From IMG/VR virus record IMGVR_UViG_3300037258_000301, positions 32,001 to 96,000 of that record: 64,000 bases of DNA, one strand, 5' to 3'. This DNA comes from a virus. The notes below the pieces were generated by a model, which did not search any database, was not told the DNA's origin, and worked only from the letters and a program-made list of their open reading frames with translations. Positions 1-8,979 of the stretch are shown here, in pieces (the stretch's first letter is position 1; each line of letters opens with the position of its first letter). The position numbers and the translations under genes were made by a program.

Positions 1-1
1 C

Positions 2-535
2 GATCTGGCGGTGGCCGGGGGTGGCCGGATTCTCCTGCCGGACATGACCTACGGTTGGTCCAAACTTACCGGCGAGTACCTTGCTCACCACCTTCGCCAA
101 GCAGGTGTTGACGTGCACGTCTTCAGACCGTTCTCGGGGTATGGCAGCGATCAGGGAGCCGAATATCCGTTCGGGGCGTTCATCGACCGGGCCCAACGAC
201 ACGCCGACCCCTTCGAGATCTGGGGTACCGGCGACCAGTGCCGGGATTGGGTACACATCGACGACGTGGTGCGGGGCACCTGGGAGATCACCCTGACCGC
301 GCCGCCCGACGTGTACAACATCTGCACTGGCAAGCCAACGAGCTTCACCACTTTGGCTCGGCTCGTGACGACGGCCGCTGGATATAGTCCCGAAGAGTTC
401 CGTTTCCTGAAGGAAAAGCCGAGTGGCGTGCAGTATCGTGTGGGCGACCCAACTACGATGTTGCGTTACTTCAAACCAAAAATCACTTTGGCCAATGGCA
501 TCGCCATGGCACTGGATGAAAGAGGTCATGGGTGA
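2..535 (+). CDS. NAD-dependent sugar epimerase/dehydratase (5' truncated by window)
   Basis: SDR YxxxK motif (YGWSK), RPFSGYG, G.G.Q.RDWVHIDD and YNICTG motifs of extended SDRs; frame is open from position 2. Confidence 0.85.
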   Translation, partial: DLAVAGGGRILLPDMTYGWSKLTGEYLAHHLRQAGVDVHVFRPFSGYGSDQGAEYPFGAFIDRAQRHADPFEIWGTGDQCRDWVHIDDVVRGTWEITLTAPPDVYNICTGKPTSFTTLARLVTTAAGYSPEEFRFLKEKPSGVQYRVGDPTTMLRYFKPKITLANGIAMALDERGHG

Positions 536-1245
536 GTCGAGAATGGCTGACCATGTTGGTGCCCACTCGGGGGCGCCCACAGAACGCGGCAGAGCTACTG
601 GCTGCCTGCGACAAGACGAATACCGACGCACGTACCACGATCATTTTCGGGGTCGATGCCGATGACGAGTCCTTCGATGACTACGACGAGGTGGTGCGGG
701 CAGACACGGCTACGCCCGCCATGGTGCTGACCGTCCAGCCGGGCGATCGACGAGGCATGGTCGGTGCGCTCAACCAGATGGTGGCCGCGCTGCCCACTAG
801 CCCGCACATGGTCAGGTCGGCGGTGGGATTCATGGGGGACGACCATCGACCCCGTACCCAGAACTGGGACCGTAAACTGCTCGCCGCGTTAGGTGAGGGC
901 TGCTTCGCGGTGGCTTACGGCGACGACCTGATCCAAGGCCCGAACCTGGCCACGGCCGTGGTGATGACCGACGACATCCCGAAAACTTTGGGCTACATGG
1001 CACCGCCGGTCCTGACGCATCTGTTCGTCGACAACGTCTGGCTGGACTGGGGTGTCGCCACCAAGTTGACCTACCTGCCCGAGGTGATCATCGAGCACGT
1101 GCACCCGGTCACCGGCAAGATCCCCTTCGACGAGGGATACACGGCGGTGAACAACGGTGCGCTCTACGACGCCGATCACGCCGCCTACCTGGAGTACTGC
1201 ATCAACCAGCTCGTTTCGGACGTCGAGAAGCTGACGTCCATATGA
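532..1245 (+). CDS. GT-A fold (GT2-like) glycosyltransferase
   Basis: LVPTRGR N-terminal strand, GFMGDDH (DxD-like), IEHVHP. Confidence 0.7.
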   Translation: MSREWLTMLVPTRGRPQNAAELLAACDKTNTDARTTIIFGVDADDESFDDYDEVVRADTATPAMVLTVQPGDRRGMVGALNQMVAALPTSPHMVRSAVGFMGDDHRPRTQNWDRKLLAALGEGCFAVAYGDDLIQGPNLATAVVMTDDIPKTLGYMAPPVLTHLFVDNVWLDWGVATKLTYLPEVIIEHVHPVTGKIPFDEGYTAVNNGALYDADHAAYLEYCINQLVSDVEKLTSI

Positions 1246-1862
1246 CCGAGTGGCAGCTGTTCCCCGACGGGACGGTGCCGTACTTCACGACACCGGAGTT
1301 TTTCGAGGCCCATCCGTGGATCTCGCCCGTGCATCAGCTCGGTCACGCCGAGCGCACCGCGATGGTGGCGAACCTGATCCGCACCTTCGTCGCCGATTAC
1401 GACATCAGCAGCCTTGTCGATCTCGGTTGTGGTGATGGCAGCCTGCTCGGCCAGCTCAAGGACATCCCCATCTCAATGTGGGGATACGACGCCGGCACGC
1501 AGAACCGGCAGCGCGCGATTGACGAGGGGCTCGACGTTCGTCAGGCCGACCTGCTCACCACGACGCTGGAGTACGGCGAACTGATCGTGGCGACCGAGGT
1601 CGTCGAACACCTGGTCGATCCTCGGAAGTTCATCGCTGGGCTTCCTGGTGATCGGCTCGTCCTCTCGTCCCCCTCGGCAGAGACGGGGGACTGGCATTAC
1701 GAGCACCACTCCTTTGCCTGGGACATGCCCGGCTATGCCGCGATGATCAGTGACTGCGGCTGGTGCATCATCGACCACGTCGAATGCGTGGCCCCCGACA
1801 ACATCCACGGGGGCGTGCAACGTCCCCAGCGCTTCCAGGCCGTCGCCGCGATCAAGGGATGA
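1242..1862 (+). CDS. Class I SAM-dependent methyltransferase
   Basis: LVDLGCGDG motif I and TEVVEHL motif. Confidence 0.85.
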   Translation: MTEWQLFPDGTVPYFTTPEFFEAHPWISPVHQLGHAERTAMVANLIRTFVADYDISSLVDLGCGDGSLLGQLKDIPISMWGYDAGTQNRQRAIDEGLDVRQADLLTTTLEYGELIVATEVVEHLVDPRKFIAGLPGDRLVLSSPSAETGDWHYEHHSFAWDMPGYAAMISDCGWCIIDHVECVAPDNIHGGVQRPQRFQAVAAIKG

Positions 1863-1865
1863 CGC

Positions 1866-2450
1866 ATGACCGAATGGCAACTGTTCGAACCCGGTACGGT
1901 GCCCGAGTGCACAACCGCTTCCTGGTATGCCGATCGACCCCGAGGACCACACCTCGATGAGGGCATCCACCAGGGGCGCCTGAGGCTCGCCAGTGAGATG
2001 GCGACCGACGCGGCCAATCGACATGGCTGTGCCGCCATCGTGGATCTGGGGGCCGGGGACGGAGGTCTGCTCTCCACCGTCAAAGGCATCCCCGCGTGGG
2101 GCTACGACCTCCAGTCCTCGAACGTCGATCCGGCCCGTGCCGAGCGGGGCGTGGATGTCCGCTATGGCGACGTGGTGGCCGGCGAGGTGGAATGGGCCGA
2201 TCTGGCCATCTGTACCGAGATGCTGGAGCACCTGCTCGACCCGCATGCCTTCGTTCGCCGGATCGCCGAGCATTCCCGGGTGTTGGTGGCCAGCTCGCCC
2301 TACACCGAGACCGATGAGTCCCATTACGCCTTTCATGTCTGGGCGTGGGACCAGGACGGTTACCGGGTGCTCCTGGAGCAGGCCGGTTACCGGATCGAGC
2401 GACATGAGACCGTGGATCTGTTCCAGGTCATCCAGGGGGTGCTGGCATGA
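1866..2450 (+). CDS. Class I SAM-dependent methyltransferase (paralog of upstream gene)
   Basis: IVDLGAGDG and TEMLEHL; shares the MTEWQLF..GTVP start with 1242..1862. Confidence 0.85.
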   Translation: MTEWQLFEPGTVPECTTASWYADRPRGPHLDEGIHQGRLRLASEMATDAANRHGCAAIVDLGAGDGGLLSTVKGIPAWGYDLQSSNVDPARAERGVDVRYGDVVAGEVEWADLAICTEMLEHLLDPHAFVRRIAEHSRVLVASSPYTETDESHYAFHVWAWDQDGYRVLLEQAGYRIERHETVDLFQVIQGVLA

Positions 2451-3073
2451 CCAGCGGCATCAGCGTCGTGATTCCCTCGATTACCCCACGCGCGGACATG
2501 CTCGTCCGCGCGGTGGAGTCGGTGGCCCATCAGCTGCTGCCGGCCGACGCGATCATCGTGGAGGTCGACAACGGTCGCACCGGTGCTCCGGACACTCGAC
2601 AGCGGGGCCTGGAGAAGGTCACCACCGAGTGGGTCGCCTTCCTCGACGACGACGATCTGATGGATCCCCACCATCTGGCCACCCTGCTGGCCACGGCCAA
2701 GGAGTACGGCGCCGATTACGTCTGGTCGCGGTTTCGGATCGGCTACCCCGACGGCACCGTCGTGGATGGCCCGAGCCCGCTGAGCCAGGCCACCTTCGAG
2801 CAGTTCGATCCGGACAACCCGGCCCAGACCACGGTGACCACCTTGGTGCGTACCCGACTCGCCCTGGAGGTCGGGGGGTTTGCCGCGTTCGAGGACTCCC
2901 AACGGCATATCGACGGGCAACGCATCGGCGAGGACTTCGACTTCACCATGCGTATGCACAAGGCCGGCGCCGTCTTCCGGCACGCGCCGGTGGTGACTTG
3001 GACGTGGAGTCACTGGGGGGTAGGCGGTCCAGGAGTACCCGGAAACACAAGCGGAAGTGCCAGTAGATGGTAA
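2447..3073 (+). CDS. GT2 family glycosyltransferase
   Basis: ISVVIPS, AFLDDDD and GEDFDF motifs. Confidence 0.85.
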   Translation: MTSGISVVIPSITPRADMLVRAVESVAHQLLPADAIIVEVDNGRTGAPDTRQRGLEKVTTEWVAFLDDDDLMDPHHLATLLATAKEYGADYVWSRFRIGYPDGTVVDGPSPLSQATFEQFDPDNPAQTTVTTLVRTRLALEVGGFAAFEDSQRHIDGQRIGEDFDFTMRMHKAGAVFRHAPVVTWTWSHWGVGGPGVPGNTSGSASRW

Positions 3074-3165
3074 GGCCCTCTCTACCAGCCTCTCGTTGAC
3101 CTCATGTCCTGAGGCGCCTGACACCTTGAAATAGGTGAAGGACGCCTCAGGAAGGGGTCAACGAG

Positions 3166-4119
3166 ATGACCTTCATGTTGGACTGCTCGCACTATCAGGG
3201 CACCATCAACTGGCCGCAGGTCAAGGCCGCCGGTTGCGTGGGCGTCATGGTGAAGACCACTGACGGTGCCACCGGGGTCGACGCGAACTGGCAGATCAAC
3301 CATGCCGGCGCTCAGAGCGTGGGTCTCCCGGTATCCCCCTATCACTTCTCTGAAGACGGTAACCCCGCCACCGAGGCCGCGCACTTCGCTTCGATCTGGT
3401 CGGCGGGATGGGACTTTCGACCGTGGCTGGATGAGGAGAAGACGACCGCCAACGCGGCATTCATCCGGACATTCCGCAGTACCTGGCGAGGGATCACGAA
3501 CTACCCCCTGTTCGGGGTATACAGCTCCGAGAACCTCCTCACCGGCCGGCTGGCCCCCTCTGGCTGGATCGACCCGCAGACCGGTATCTGGGCCGCGCGT
3601 TACGCCCCCTCGCTTGGCTGGGACGAGGACCAGCTGCTCATCTGGCAGTTCTCCTCGGCCGCGACCATCCCCGGGGTTCTGGGGCATGTGGACGAGTCCG
3701 AGTTCATGCACGGGTGGGCACCCGGTACTGACGGTGCTCTTCTGGCCCCGACCACCAGCACGGAGGAAGACATGATCCAGACCTTCAGTTTCGATCCCAC
3801 CTACGCCGCCGGTGCCACCCCGACCAGCGCCCGGCACGTCTTCGGCACCGAGACCAACTCCATGTCGCAGGTCGCCAACCAGTCCTGGATCTGGGTGAAG
3901 TCCGGCTGGGGCTCGATGGACGCGGTGCACATCATCGCCATCGGGGACGCGCCGGCCGGTAGTGCTACCGCGCGGTATCTGGCTGATCAGACCTGGACCT
4001 CGATCGCTGGGGACGCCGGTCGCTGCTTGATGGTCGCGCCGGATGGCACCGACCAGTACTCTGTCGAGGTCACCTCCAGTGCTCCCTACACCGTCACGAT
4101 CGCGGTCAAGAGCAAGTAA
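3166..4119 (+). CDS. Endolysin, GH25 muramidase domain plus C-terminal domain
   Basis: LDCSHYQG..NW, KTTDG, YHF, WLDEE and IWQFS motifs of GH25. Confidence 0.85.
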   Translation: MTFMLDCSHYQGTINWPQVKAAGCVGVMVKTTDGATGVDANWQINHAGAQSVGLPVSPYHFSEDGNPATEAAHFASIWSAGWDFRPWLDEEKTTANAAFIRTFRSTWRGITNYPLFGVYSSENLLTGRLAPSGWIDPQTGIWAARYAPSLGWDEDQLLIWQFSSAATIPGVLGHVDESEFMHGWAPGTDGALLAPTTSTEEDMIQTFSFDPTYAAGATPTSARHVFGTETNSMSQVANQSWIWVKSGWGSMDAVHIIAIGDAPAGSATARYLADQTWTSIAGDAGRCLMVAPDGTDQYSVEVTSSAPYTVTIAVKSK

Positions 4120-4138
4120 CCCTGGCCCCATCTTTGGC

Positions 4139-4171
4139 TGAGGACCCCGTGGCATCGCTGCGGGGTCCTCA
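4139..4171 (+). terminator. GC-rich hairpin after the endolysin, probable intrinsic terminator
   Basis: tgaggaccccg / cggggtcctca 11-bp stem; weak U-tract. Confidence 0.6.
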
Positions 4172-4189
4172 TCGTTCGAAAGGTGCCCC

Positions 4190-4396
4190 ATGCTCTCCAT
4201 CTTCACCGACCGAGCCGCGCCGCCGTTCGGTCGACCACTCGTCCTGGAAAACGACCGACATGAACGAGTCCTGTGGACCGGCAAGCGCTGGTACGACCCA
4301 TCGGCCAGCAATGGCGACCTCCAGTCACAGGAGGCATGGCCGCCCGATCCCTACGTCTATGGTTCGGGCCCCTGGCATGCGGTGATCTCTCGATGA
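4190..4396 (+). CDS. Hypothetical protein
   Basis: AAAGG RBS; ATGA overlap with next ORF. Confidence 0.5.
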   Translation: MLSIFTDRAAPPFGRPLVLENDRHERVLWTGKRWYDPSASNGDLQSQEAWPPDPYVYGSGPWHAVISR

Positions 4397-4554
4397 CCGA
4401 GCAGCTGGAGCCCGAGAACGTCGAGCTGCTAGCCAGGCTGACTCAGTTGATCGGCGAGTACGACAGCCCTACCGAGGCGGCCCAAGCCCTCGTTGACCGT
4501 GGTCGGCAGGCTCCCGAGCCTCCTGACGAGGATTGTGACGATGACGGCCGGTAG
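4393..4554 (+). CDS. Hypothetical protein
   Basis: Coupled start (ATGA); acidic small protein. Confidence 0.5.
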   Translation: MTEQLEPENVELLARLTQLIGEYDSPTEAAQALVDRGRQAPEPPDEDCDDDGR

Positions 4555-4828
4555 CGAGGACGTCTTTCGCGCGCTCGATGTGATCAAGCGTCGGGATGTG
4601 GCGGAGATCCTCAACCACTTTTCCCTGTTGGGGTGGCGCTTGTCTCATCCCGAGACGGGCGCGGTGATGGATCCCGCAGTCCTGGCCCGACACATCCTGG
4701 AACATCGCTCCTCCCCCTTGGTGCCATCCGGGGAGGGAGGTACTGTTGAGCCGTCACCAACCTCGACCTCTCCCGAAGGAGGTACCCCCGATGGGAACTA
4801 CGACGATCCAGACGAAGCCCTGTCCTGA
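4541..4828 (+). CDS. Hypothetical protein
   Basis: GAGG RBS; continues the + strand gene chain. Confidence 0.5.
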   Translation: MTAGSEDVFRALDVIKRRDVAEILNHFSLLGWRLSHPETGAVMDPAVLARHILEHRSSPLVPSGEGGTVEPSPTSTSPEGGTPDGNYDDPDEALS

Positions 4829-5024
4829 GTGCGGTCGAGCAGCTCAAGAGCTGTCCGTGCCTGACGACGCCGCGTTGCGGTACTACAACGGCGCGACGAT
4901 CCAGAGTGCCTTTCCGATGCTCTCGGCCGACGAGCGCGAGCTACTCATCAGCGGCCTACACAGCGAGTGCTGGGAGAGGCTGATGGCGCTCTATGACGAA
5001 GAGCTGGTCGGGGAGGAGACATGA
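4791..5024 (+). CDS. Small Cys/His-containing hypothetical protein
   Basis: AGGAGG RBS; CPEC...HSECW. Confidence 0.65.
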   Translation: MGTTTIQTKPCPECGRAAQELSVPDDAALRYYNGATIQSAFPMLSADERELLISGLHSECWERLMALYDEELVGEET

Positions 5025-5146
5025 GTCGCACCCACAGCGTCCCCTTCACCATCAACAACGAACGCGTCGGCACCGCAGTGGTCGTGGAGCGGGATGACTT
5101 GCCGAGAACCATTCCTATCCCACCGGAGTCGCCCTTGATCCAGTAG
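5021..5146 (+). CDS. Small hypothetical protein (41 aa)
   Basis: GGAGG RBS, ATGA overlap; below the ORF-track length cutoff. Confidence 0.45.
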   Translation: MSRTHSVPFTINNERVGTAVVVERDDLPRTIPIPPESPLIQ

Positions 5147-5149
5147 GAT
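5144..5149 (+). promoter_or_regulatory. Putative -10 element (TAGGAT) for the tRNA-like RNA
   Basis: TANNNT 6 nt before a hairpin at 5156-5177 (acgggttc/gaacccgt); no clear -35. Confidence 0.35.
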
Positions 5150-5181
5150 GTACTCACGGGTTCACGTCAGAACCCGTTCAA

Positions 5182-5322
5182 CCCCCAGGGGCTCCAGGGG
5201 CCCGCCCGGCAAAGTCTGCTTCTTAGGACGATCACGCGTAGAGCCCAACGGCTCCGCCTGATTCGTCCGGGAGTTGGTGACGCGACAAGGCAGATGATGA
5301 GGTTCAAATCCTCACTGGGGGA
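5182..5322 (+). ncRNA. Atypical tRNA-like RNA (acceptor stem plus T-arm, oversized interior)
   Basis: CCCCCAG (5182-88) pairs with CTGGGGG (5315-21), directly preceded by a perfect T-arm TGAGG-TTCAAAT-CCTCA (5298-5314); no encoded CCA; followed by a terminator. Confidence 0.7.
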
Positions 5323-5327
5323 CGAGC

Positions 5328-5369
5328 ACAGCCCCGGTACGAATCCCGTACCGGGGCTGTTTGCTGTTT
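5328..5369 (+). terminator. Intrinsic terminator
   Basis: 14-bp perfect stem acagccccggtacg/cgtaccggggctgt followed by ttgctgttt. Confidence 0.85.
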
Positions 5370-5615
5370 GGCGGACGTCGAGTGCGCCGCTCACCCGGTG
5401 CGATCGACCACCGAGCGTATCGATACCCCAGCCTTGTCAGTAACGCGCGACACTGGAAGTACGCGGTGCGCCGGCCGGAGTGTCGACCCTCACCTCCGGC
5501 CGGAGCCCGCAATCAAGGTATGAGAGATGAGATCAGCTTGCGCGATCCAGGGGATCATGCGTTACTGTCCTCTCCGTCACCAACCCCCAGTCACCGGGCC
5601 GCACCCGGAGGAGCG

Positions 5616-5816
5616 ATGAGCTTCCAGATCCTTGACGATGATGAGGTCCCTTCGGAGACCGTCGAGTTCACCGTGCGGATTACTGGCTCGACCGACGACA
5701 TCGGTCGTCTGCTGGATTTTCTGTCCGCATCTACCCACCCGCGTGTCGAGTTCGATCCTCCGGGTTGGACCAAGACCTTCTACGGATTCGAGCTGGACGT
5801 ATGGAACCTGACATAG
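5616..5816 (+). CDS. Hypothetical protein
   Basis: GGAGG RBS before ATG 5616. Confidence 0.6.
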   Translation: MSFQILDDDEVPSETVEFTVRITGSTDDIGRLLDFLSASTHPRVEFDPPGWTKTFYGFELDVWNLT

Positions 5817-6091
5817 AAGACGATGGCCTCGACCCGAGACACAAGCGGGTCATGATTTCCGTCAAGGGCAACCGTCATCAAGAGATGATCGACGCCGCCA
5901 TCCTGGAGGCAGCGGCCTTCCTGGGCATGATGCCCAGAGAGCTGACCGTCCTGTCCTGCGGGATGGCCACCCCCGTCGAGTACACCCGCTTCCCGACCGA
6001 CCTCAACCACGACATCATGCCGGAACTGTGGGCCATGGAGGTCTTGGTCGGCGTCTTCATTCCTCCCAAGAACCCGGAGAAGGACTCATGA
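5801..6091 (+). CDS. Hypothetical protein
   Basis: Part of overlapping + strand chain; start uncertain. Confidence 0.55.
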   Translation: MEPDIEDDGLDPRHKRVMISVKGNRHQEMIDAAILEAAAFLGMMPRELTVLSCGMATPVEYTRFPTDLNHDIMPELWAMEVLVGVFIPPKNPEKDS

Positions 6092-6318
6092 CCGACACTG
6101 TCGAATTTGACACCCCCGAGTACGCCGCGCAGCACGAGCAGATCGATGAGATGGCCACCTTGGCCACGCTGGAGCAGTTGCTGGCCGAGGCCAACGAGGT
6201 GCTCATCGACTTCGAGGTGCCTGAGCCGTTGCCTGAGGACGCCTATCCCACCGTGGCCCAGATCGAGGCCGACCTGGATGCCGAGGTCGATGAGGAGCCA
6301 GAGGAGGTCAAGGAGTGA
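6088..6318 (+). CDS. Highly acidic hypothetical protein
   Basis: AAGGA RBS; very D/E-rich. Confidence 0.6.
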   Translation: MTDTVEFDTPEYAAQHEQIDEMATLATLEQLLAEANEVLIDFEVPEPLPEDAYPTVAQIEADLDAEVDEEPEEVKE

Positions 6319-6686
6319 CCACTCCGGAGACTCCGCAACGCATCCGCATCCCGGATCCCACTGGAGATGCCTTCGTGGACTACCTGGAGATCCGTATCGC
6401 GCAGGTTTTGTGCCGTCAACCGGCGGGTGGGCATCGGGAGGACGAGGGTCGCCAGTTCGCTTTCGCGATGGGGCTGGCGACGGCTCGGTGGGTCTATCTC
6501 CTCCAGCACGACATCGTCAACGAGATCGTCGGCCCTGTCGAGTTCGTCGCCGCACTCAAGGGACGGCTGGCCACCCTGTCCGCACAAGAGACCGGCGTAC
6601 TCATCTCAATCGCCCTGGACTCAGCCAACTATGCCGAAGTTCGTCACGGTCGACGTCAACTACGCGATCTGCTACTGATCGACTAA
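6315..6686 (+). CDS. Hypothetical protein
   Basis: GTGA overlap, GGAGG RBS. Confidence 0.6.
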   Translation: MTTPETPQRIRIPDPTGDAFVDYLEIRIAQVLCRQPAGGHREDEGRQFAFAMGLATARWVYLLQHDIVNEIVGPVEFVAALKGRLATLSAQETGVLISIALDSANYAEVRHGRRQLRDLLLID

Positions 6687-6700
6687 AGGAGGTACACGAC

Positions 6701-7237
6701 ATGGCTGGTTGCGGTAGCCGCTATCACGCCAATCAGCTGATCAGCTGCGAGAATCCGGCACCCAACCATGTCGTGTGCACCGCGTTCGACCCCGAGCAGT
6801 GGACGCACCTGCACTGGGACAACCCCACCTATGAGCCGCCACCCGAGCCGGAGAGCAAAGCCGGTGGCCGCGAGAAGGCCCGCAAGGTAGCTGCCAGGAC
6901 TGAACCGCCCTGGACCATGATGGATACCGTCAGGAAGACCGCCACGGGGTTAGATAGCTCCTCCACGCGGTGGACCGACGAGCAGCGAGCCCAGGTCACC
7001 GAGACGATCATCCGGTTGGCCTACTCTCGTCGAGCGATCACCGCCGACGACATCTGGGCCGCCTGCCCCGAGGTACCACCTGGTCCCGGCGTACACGCGC
7101 TCCTCACTCGCGCCGTCCAAGAGAAGCTCCTGACCAAGGGTGACTTCGCGGACAGTCAGCGCAATGACCGCGCCGATCACGACCGTGGCCGGCGGTTACG
7201 GGTGTGGCGTTCGCTGGTTTACGGCACGTCCACCTGA
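6701..7237 (+). CDS. Hypothetical protein, possible C-terminal winged-helix
   Basis: AAGGAGG RBS; ITADDIW...RLRVWRS pattern. Confidence 0.6.
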   Translation: MAGCGSRYHANQLISCENPAPNHVVCTAFDPEQWTHLHWDNPTYEPPPEPESKAGGREKARKVAARTEPPWTMMDTVRKTATGLDSSSTRWTDEQRAQVTETIIRLAYSRRAITADDIWAACPEVPPGPGVHALLTRAVQEKLLTKGDFADSQRNDRADHDRGRRLRVWRSLVYGTST

Positions 7238-7251
7238 GGCCAATCTCGCAA

Positions 7252-7287
7252 CTGTGCCCGATCAGGAGTCGCCGAGCTAACTGGTGA
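7252..7287 (+). promoter_or_regulatory. Putative late promoter motif CTGT-N22-TAA-N3-GTGA
   Basis: Same bipartite motif and spacing recur before about 9 structural gene starts. Confidence 0.6.
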
Positions 7288-7316
7288 CCCAGCTTTTGAT
7301 CGGGAGGCCGATATTC

Positions 7317-8951
7317 ATGCCGACGGACCGCGACGCGCAACAACTGCTCCATGAGGCCGCGAACGCGCCCAGCCTGGCCGAGGCCCGCCGTTTGGTCGGC
7401 GAGGCCGAGCTGGTGAAGACCGCGCTCGTCCACAAGGCCACTCAGGATCGCGAGGTGGATCTGGCTCAGGCGATCGTGCGCGATCATCTGACGCCGGTCT
7501 CCGTGTTCGAGCATCACACCGCAGCGACCGACTGGCTCGGCGAGATCGATACGACACCGCCGGAGGACATGGATCATCAGATCCTCGCCCAGGCCAGCCT
7601 CTGGTACGGCAACGTGCATCCCGAGGTGAAGTCCTTCCCTTCCGAGTTCGCCGAACAGGCACGGGGGAAGGCCCACAAACTCGCCGGCGCCTACGGACCC
7701 TCGGCGGACGCGGCCGAGGAACTGTTCCTGGGACATGTCGCTGCCTGTCATGCGCGCGAGGTCAAGGCCGGTGTCGTCAAGCTCGCCGTTGAGGCTCCCA
7801 CCGCGCCGGACACTTCCCCGATGCCCTCGGGCTCGGCGTATGAGGGTCTGCCCGAGAACATCACCACTTCTGAGCGTGCCCCCGCCATCCAGGCCCTGGA
7901 GCAGAACAACGGCGCCGGTGGCGCGACCGACGTGGTGCCCATCAACGATCCCGGCCTGGGCGCGGCCGATACCCAGGTGGACCGCACCAACAACGACCTC
8001 GGTGACCAGTCCGTCGCCGATCTCACCAGTCAGGTGGACCGCACCTCGACGGCGAGCCGGCATGTCGCAACGAAGGGAATCCCCACCATGCAGCACGCGC
8101 AGTGCCCGACGTGCGGAGGCCACGGCCGGGTTGCCGTGCGCGTGGCCCCGCAGCCAACCATCGTCGACATCGTTCGGATGGGCGTTTCGGGTCTGGACCA
8201 GGTCGATCAGATCGTCGACCCACACGACAACGGCCCCGACACCAACCCGGCTCCGGGACAGGCCGAGACCTACCCCACCGACGTGGCGTTCCCGTGGACG
8301 ATGAGCCCGGCCAACGTCCAGCAGACCATCAGTGAGAACCAGCAGCAGCTCGCCGAGCGGGAGCAGCGCAAGGGCGCCTCCCTGGAACGCACCGCACGCA
8401 AGGAGGGCAACGCCGCCTACCGCGCGTTCGTCGAGCACAACATGAAGCGGCTGGACCCTGGCAAGAACTTCGACCCGCAGCACCGGCACGTCACGCTGCA
8501 CCAGGCCGCGACCCAGTTCGCGTTGAAGGCGTATGCCGTCGTCAAGCGGGCCGGCACCGACGACTCCGGTTGGATCGGTGACATGGGTGCCGGCGGCTAC
8601 TCCACCGGCGAGCAGGACTGGAACGAGTCCGCCATGTCCGGCGCGAACAACCTTCAGACCCCGGACCCGGTCTATGGCTGGGGCGGTGACAACCCCTCAC
8701 AGCCACTCAAGCCCTACGGCGCTGATGAGGCCGACGACGCCACCAACAACCCGGATGAGTGGGCGCCGGGGCAGCCGACCCAGATGGACATGGGTGGGCG
8801 TGGCCAGGCCACCAATGGTGCCCCGGCGCCCGGCTTCCCGAACGCACCAATGAGCCATGGTGCTTCCGTGGACAGCGATCCGAAGCTTCAGGAGCTGCTG
8901 GCCCTGGCTCGTCGGCGTCGAGCGTTCCTGGAGAGCAAGCAGAACGCCTGA
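7317..8951 (+). CDS. Head-associated/internal virion protein (putative processed polyprotein)
   Basis: GGGAGG RBS; low-complexity P/D/G segments separated by KLA, HVA, RTA, KRA and HGA motifs; CPTCGG. Confidence 0.6.
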   Translation: MPTDRDAQQLLHEAANAPSLAEARRLVGEAELVKTALVHKATQDREVDLAQAIVRDHLTPVSVFEHHTAATDWLGEIDTTPPEDMDHQILAQASLWYGNVHPEVKSFPSEFAEQARGKAHKLAGAYGPSADAAEELFLGHVAACHAREVKAGVVKLAVEAPTAPDTSPMPSGSAYEGLPENITTSERAPAIQALEQNNGAGGATDVVPINDPGLGAADTQVDRTNNDLGDQSVADLTSQVDRTSTASRHVATKGIPTMQHAQCPTCGGHGRVAVRVAPQPTIVDIVRMGVSGLDQVDQIVDPHDNGPDTNPAPGQAETYPTDVAFPWTMSPANVQQTISENQQQLAEREQRKGASLERTARKEGNAAYRAFVEHNMKRLDPGKNFDPQHRHVTLHQAATQFALKAYAVVKRAGTDDSGWIGDMGAGGYSTGEQDWNESAMSGANNLQTPDPVYGWGGDNPSQPLKPYGADEADDATNNPDEWAPGQPTQMDMGGRGQATNGAPAPGFPNAPMSHGASVDSDPKLQELLALARRRRAFLESKQNA

Positions 8952-8979
8952 GCGGCCAGAGCGGGAAGGGGCACACCCC

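Noticed and set aside
5182-5322. Canonical tRNA or tmRNA call
   Set aside because: Interior too long for a tRNA with no 7-nt anticodon loop in position; too short for tmRNA and lacks its alanine acceptor identity.
7104-8501. Long minus-strand ORFs (also 9309..10649, 27260..28675, 30613..31881, 45298..46896)
   Set aside because: In-register shadows of GC-rich + strand genes with no recognisable motifs, unlike 26048..26617, which has a full HNH signature.
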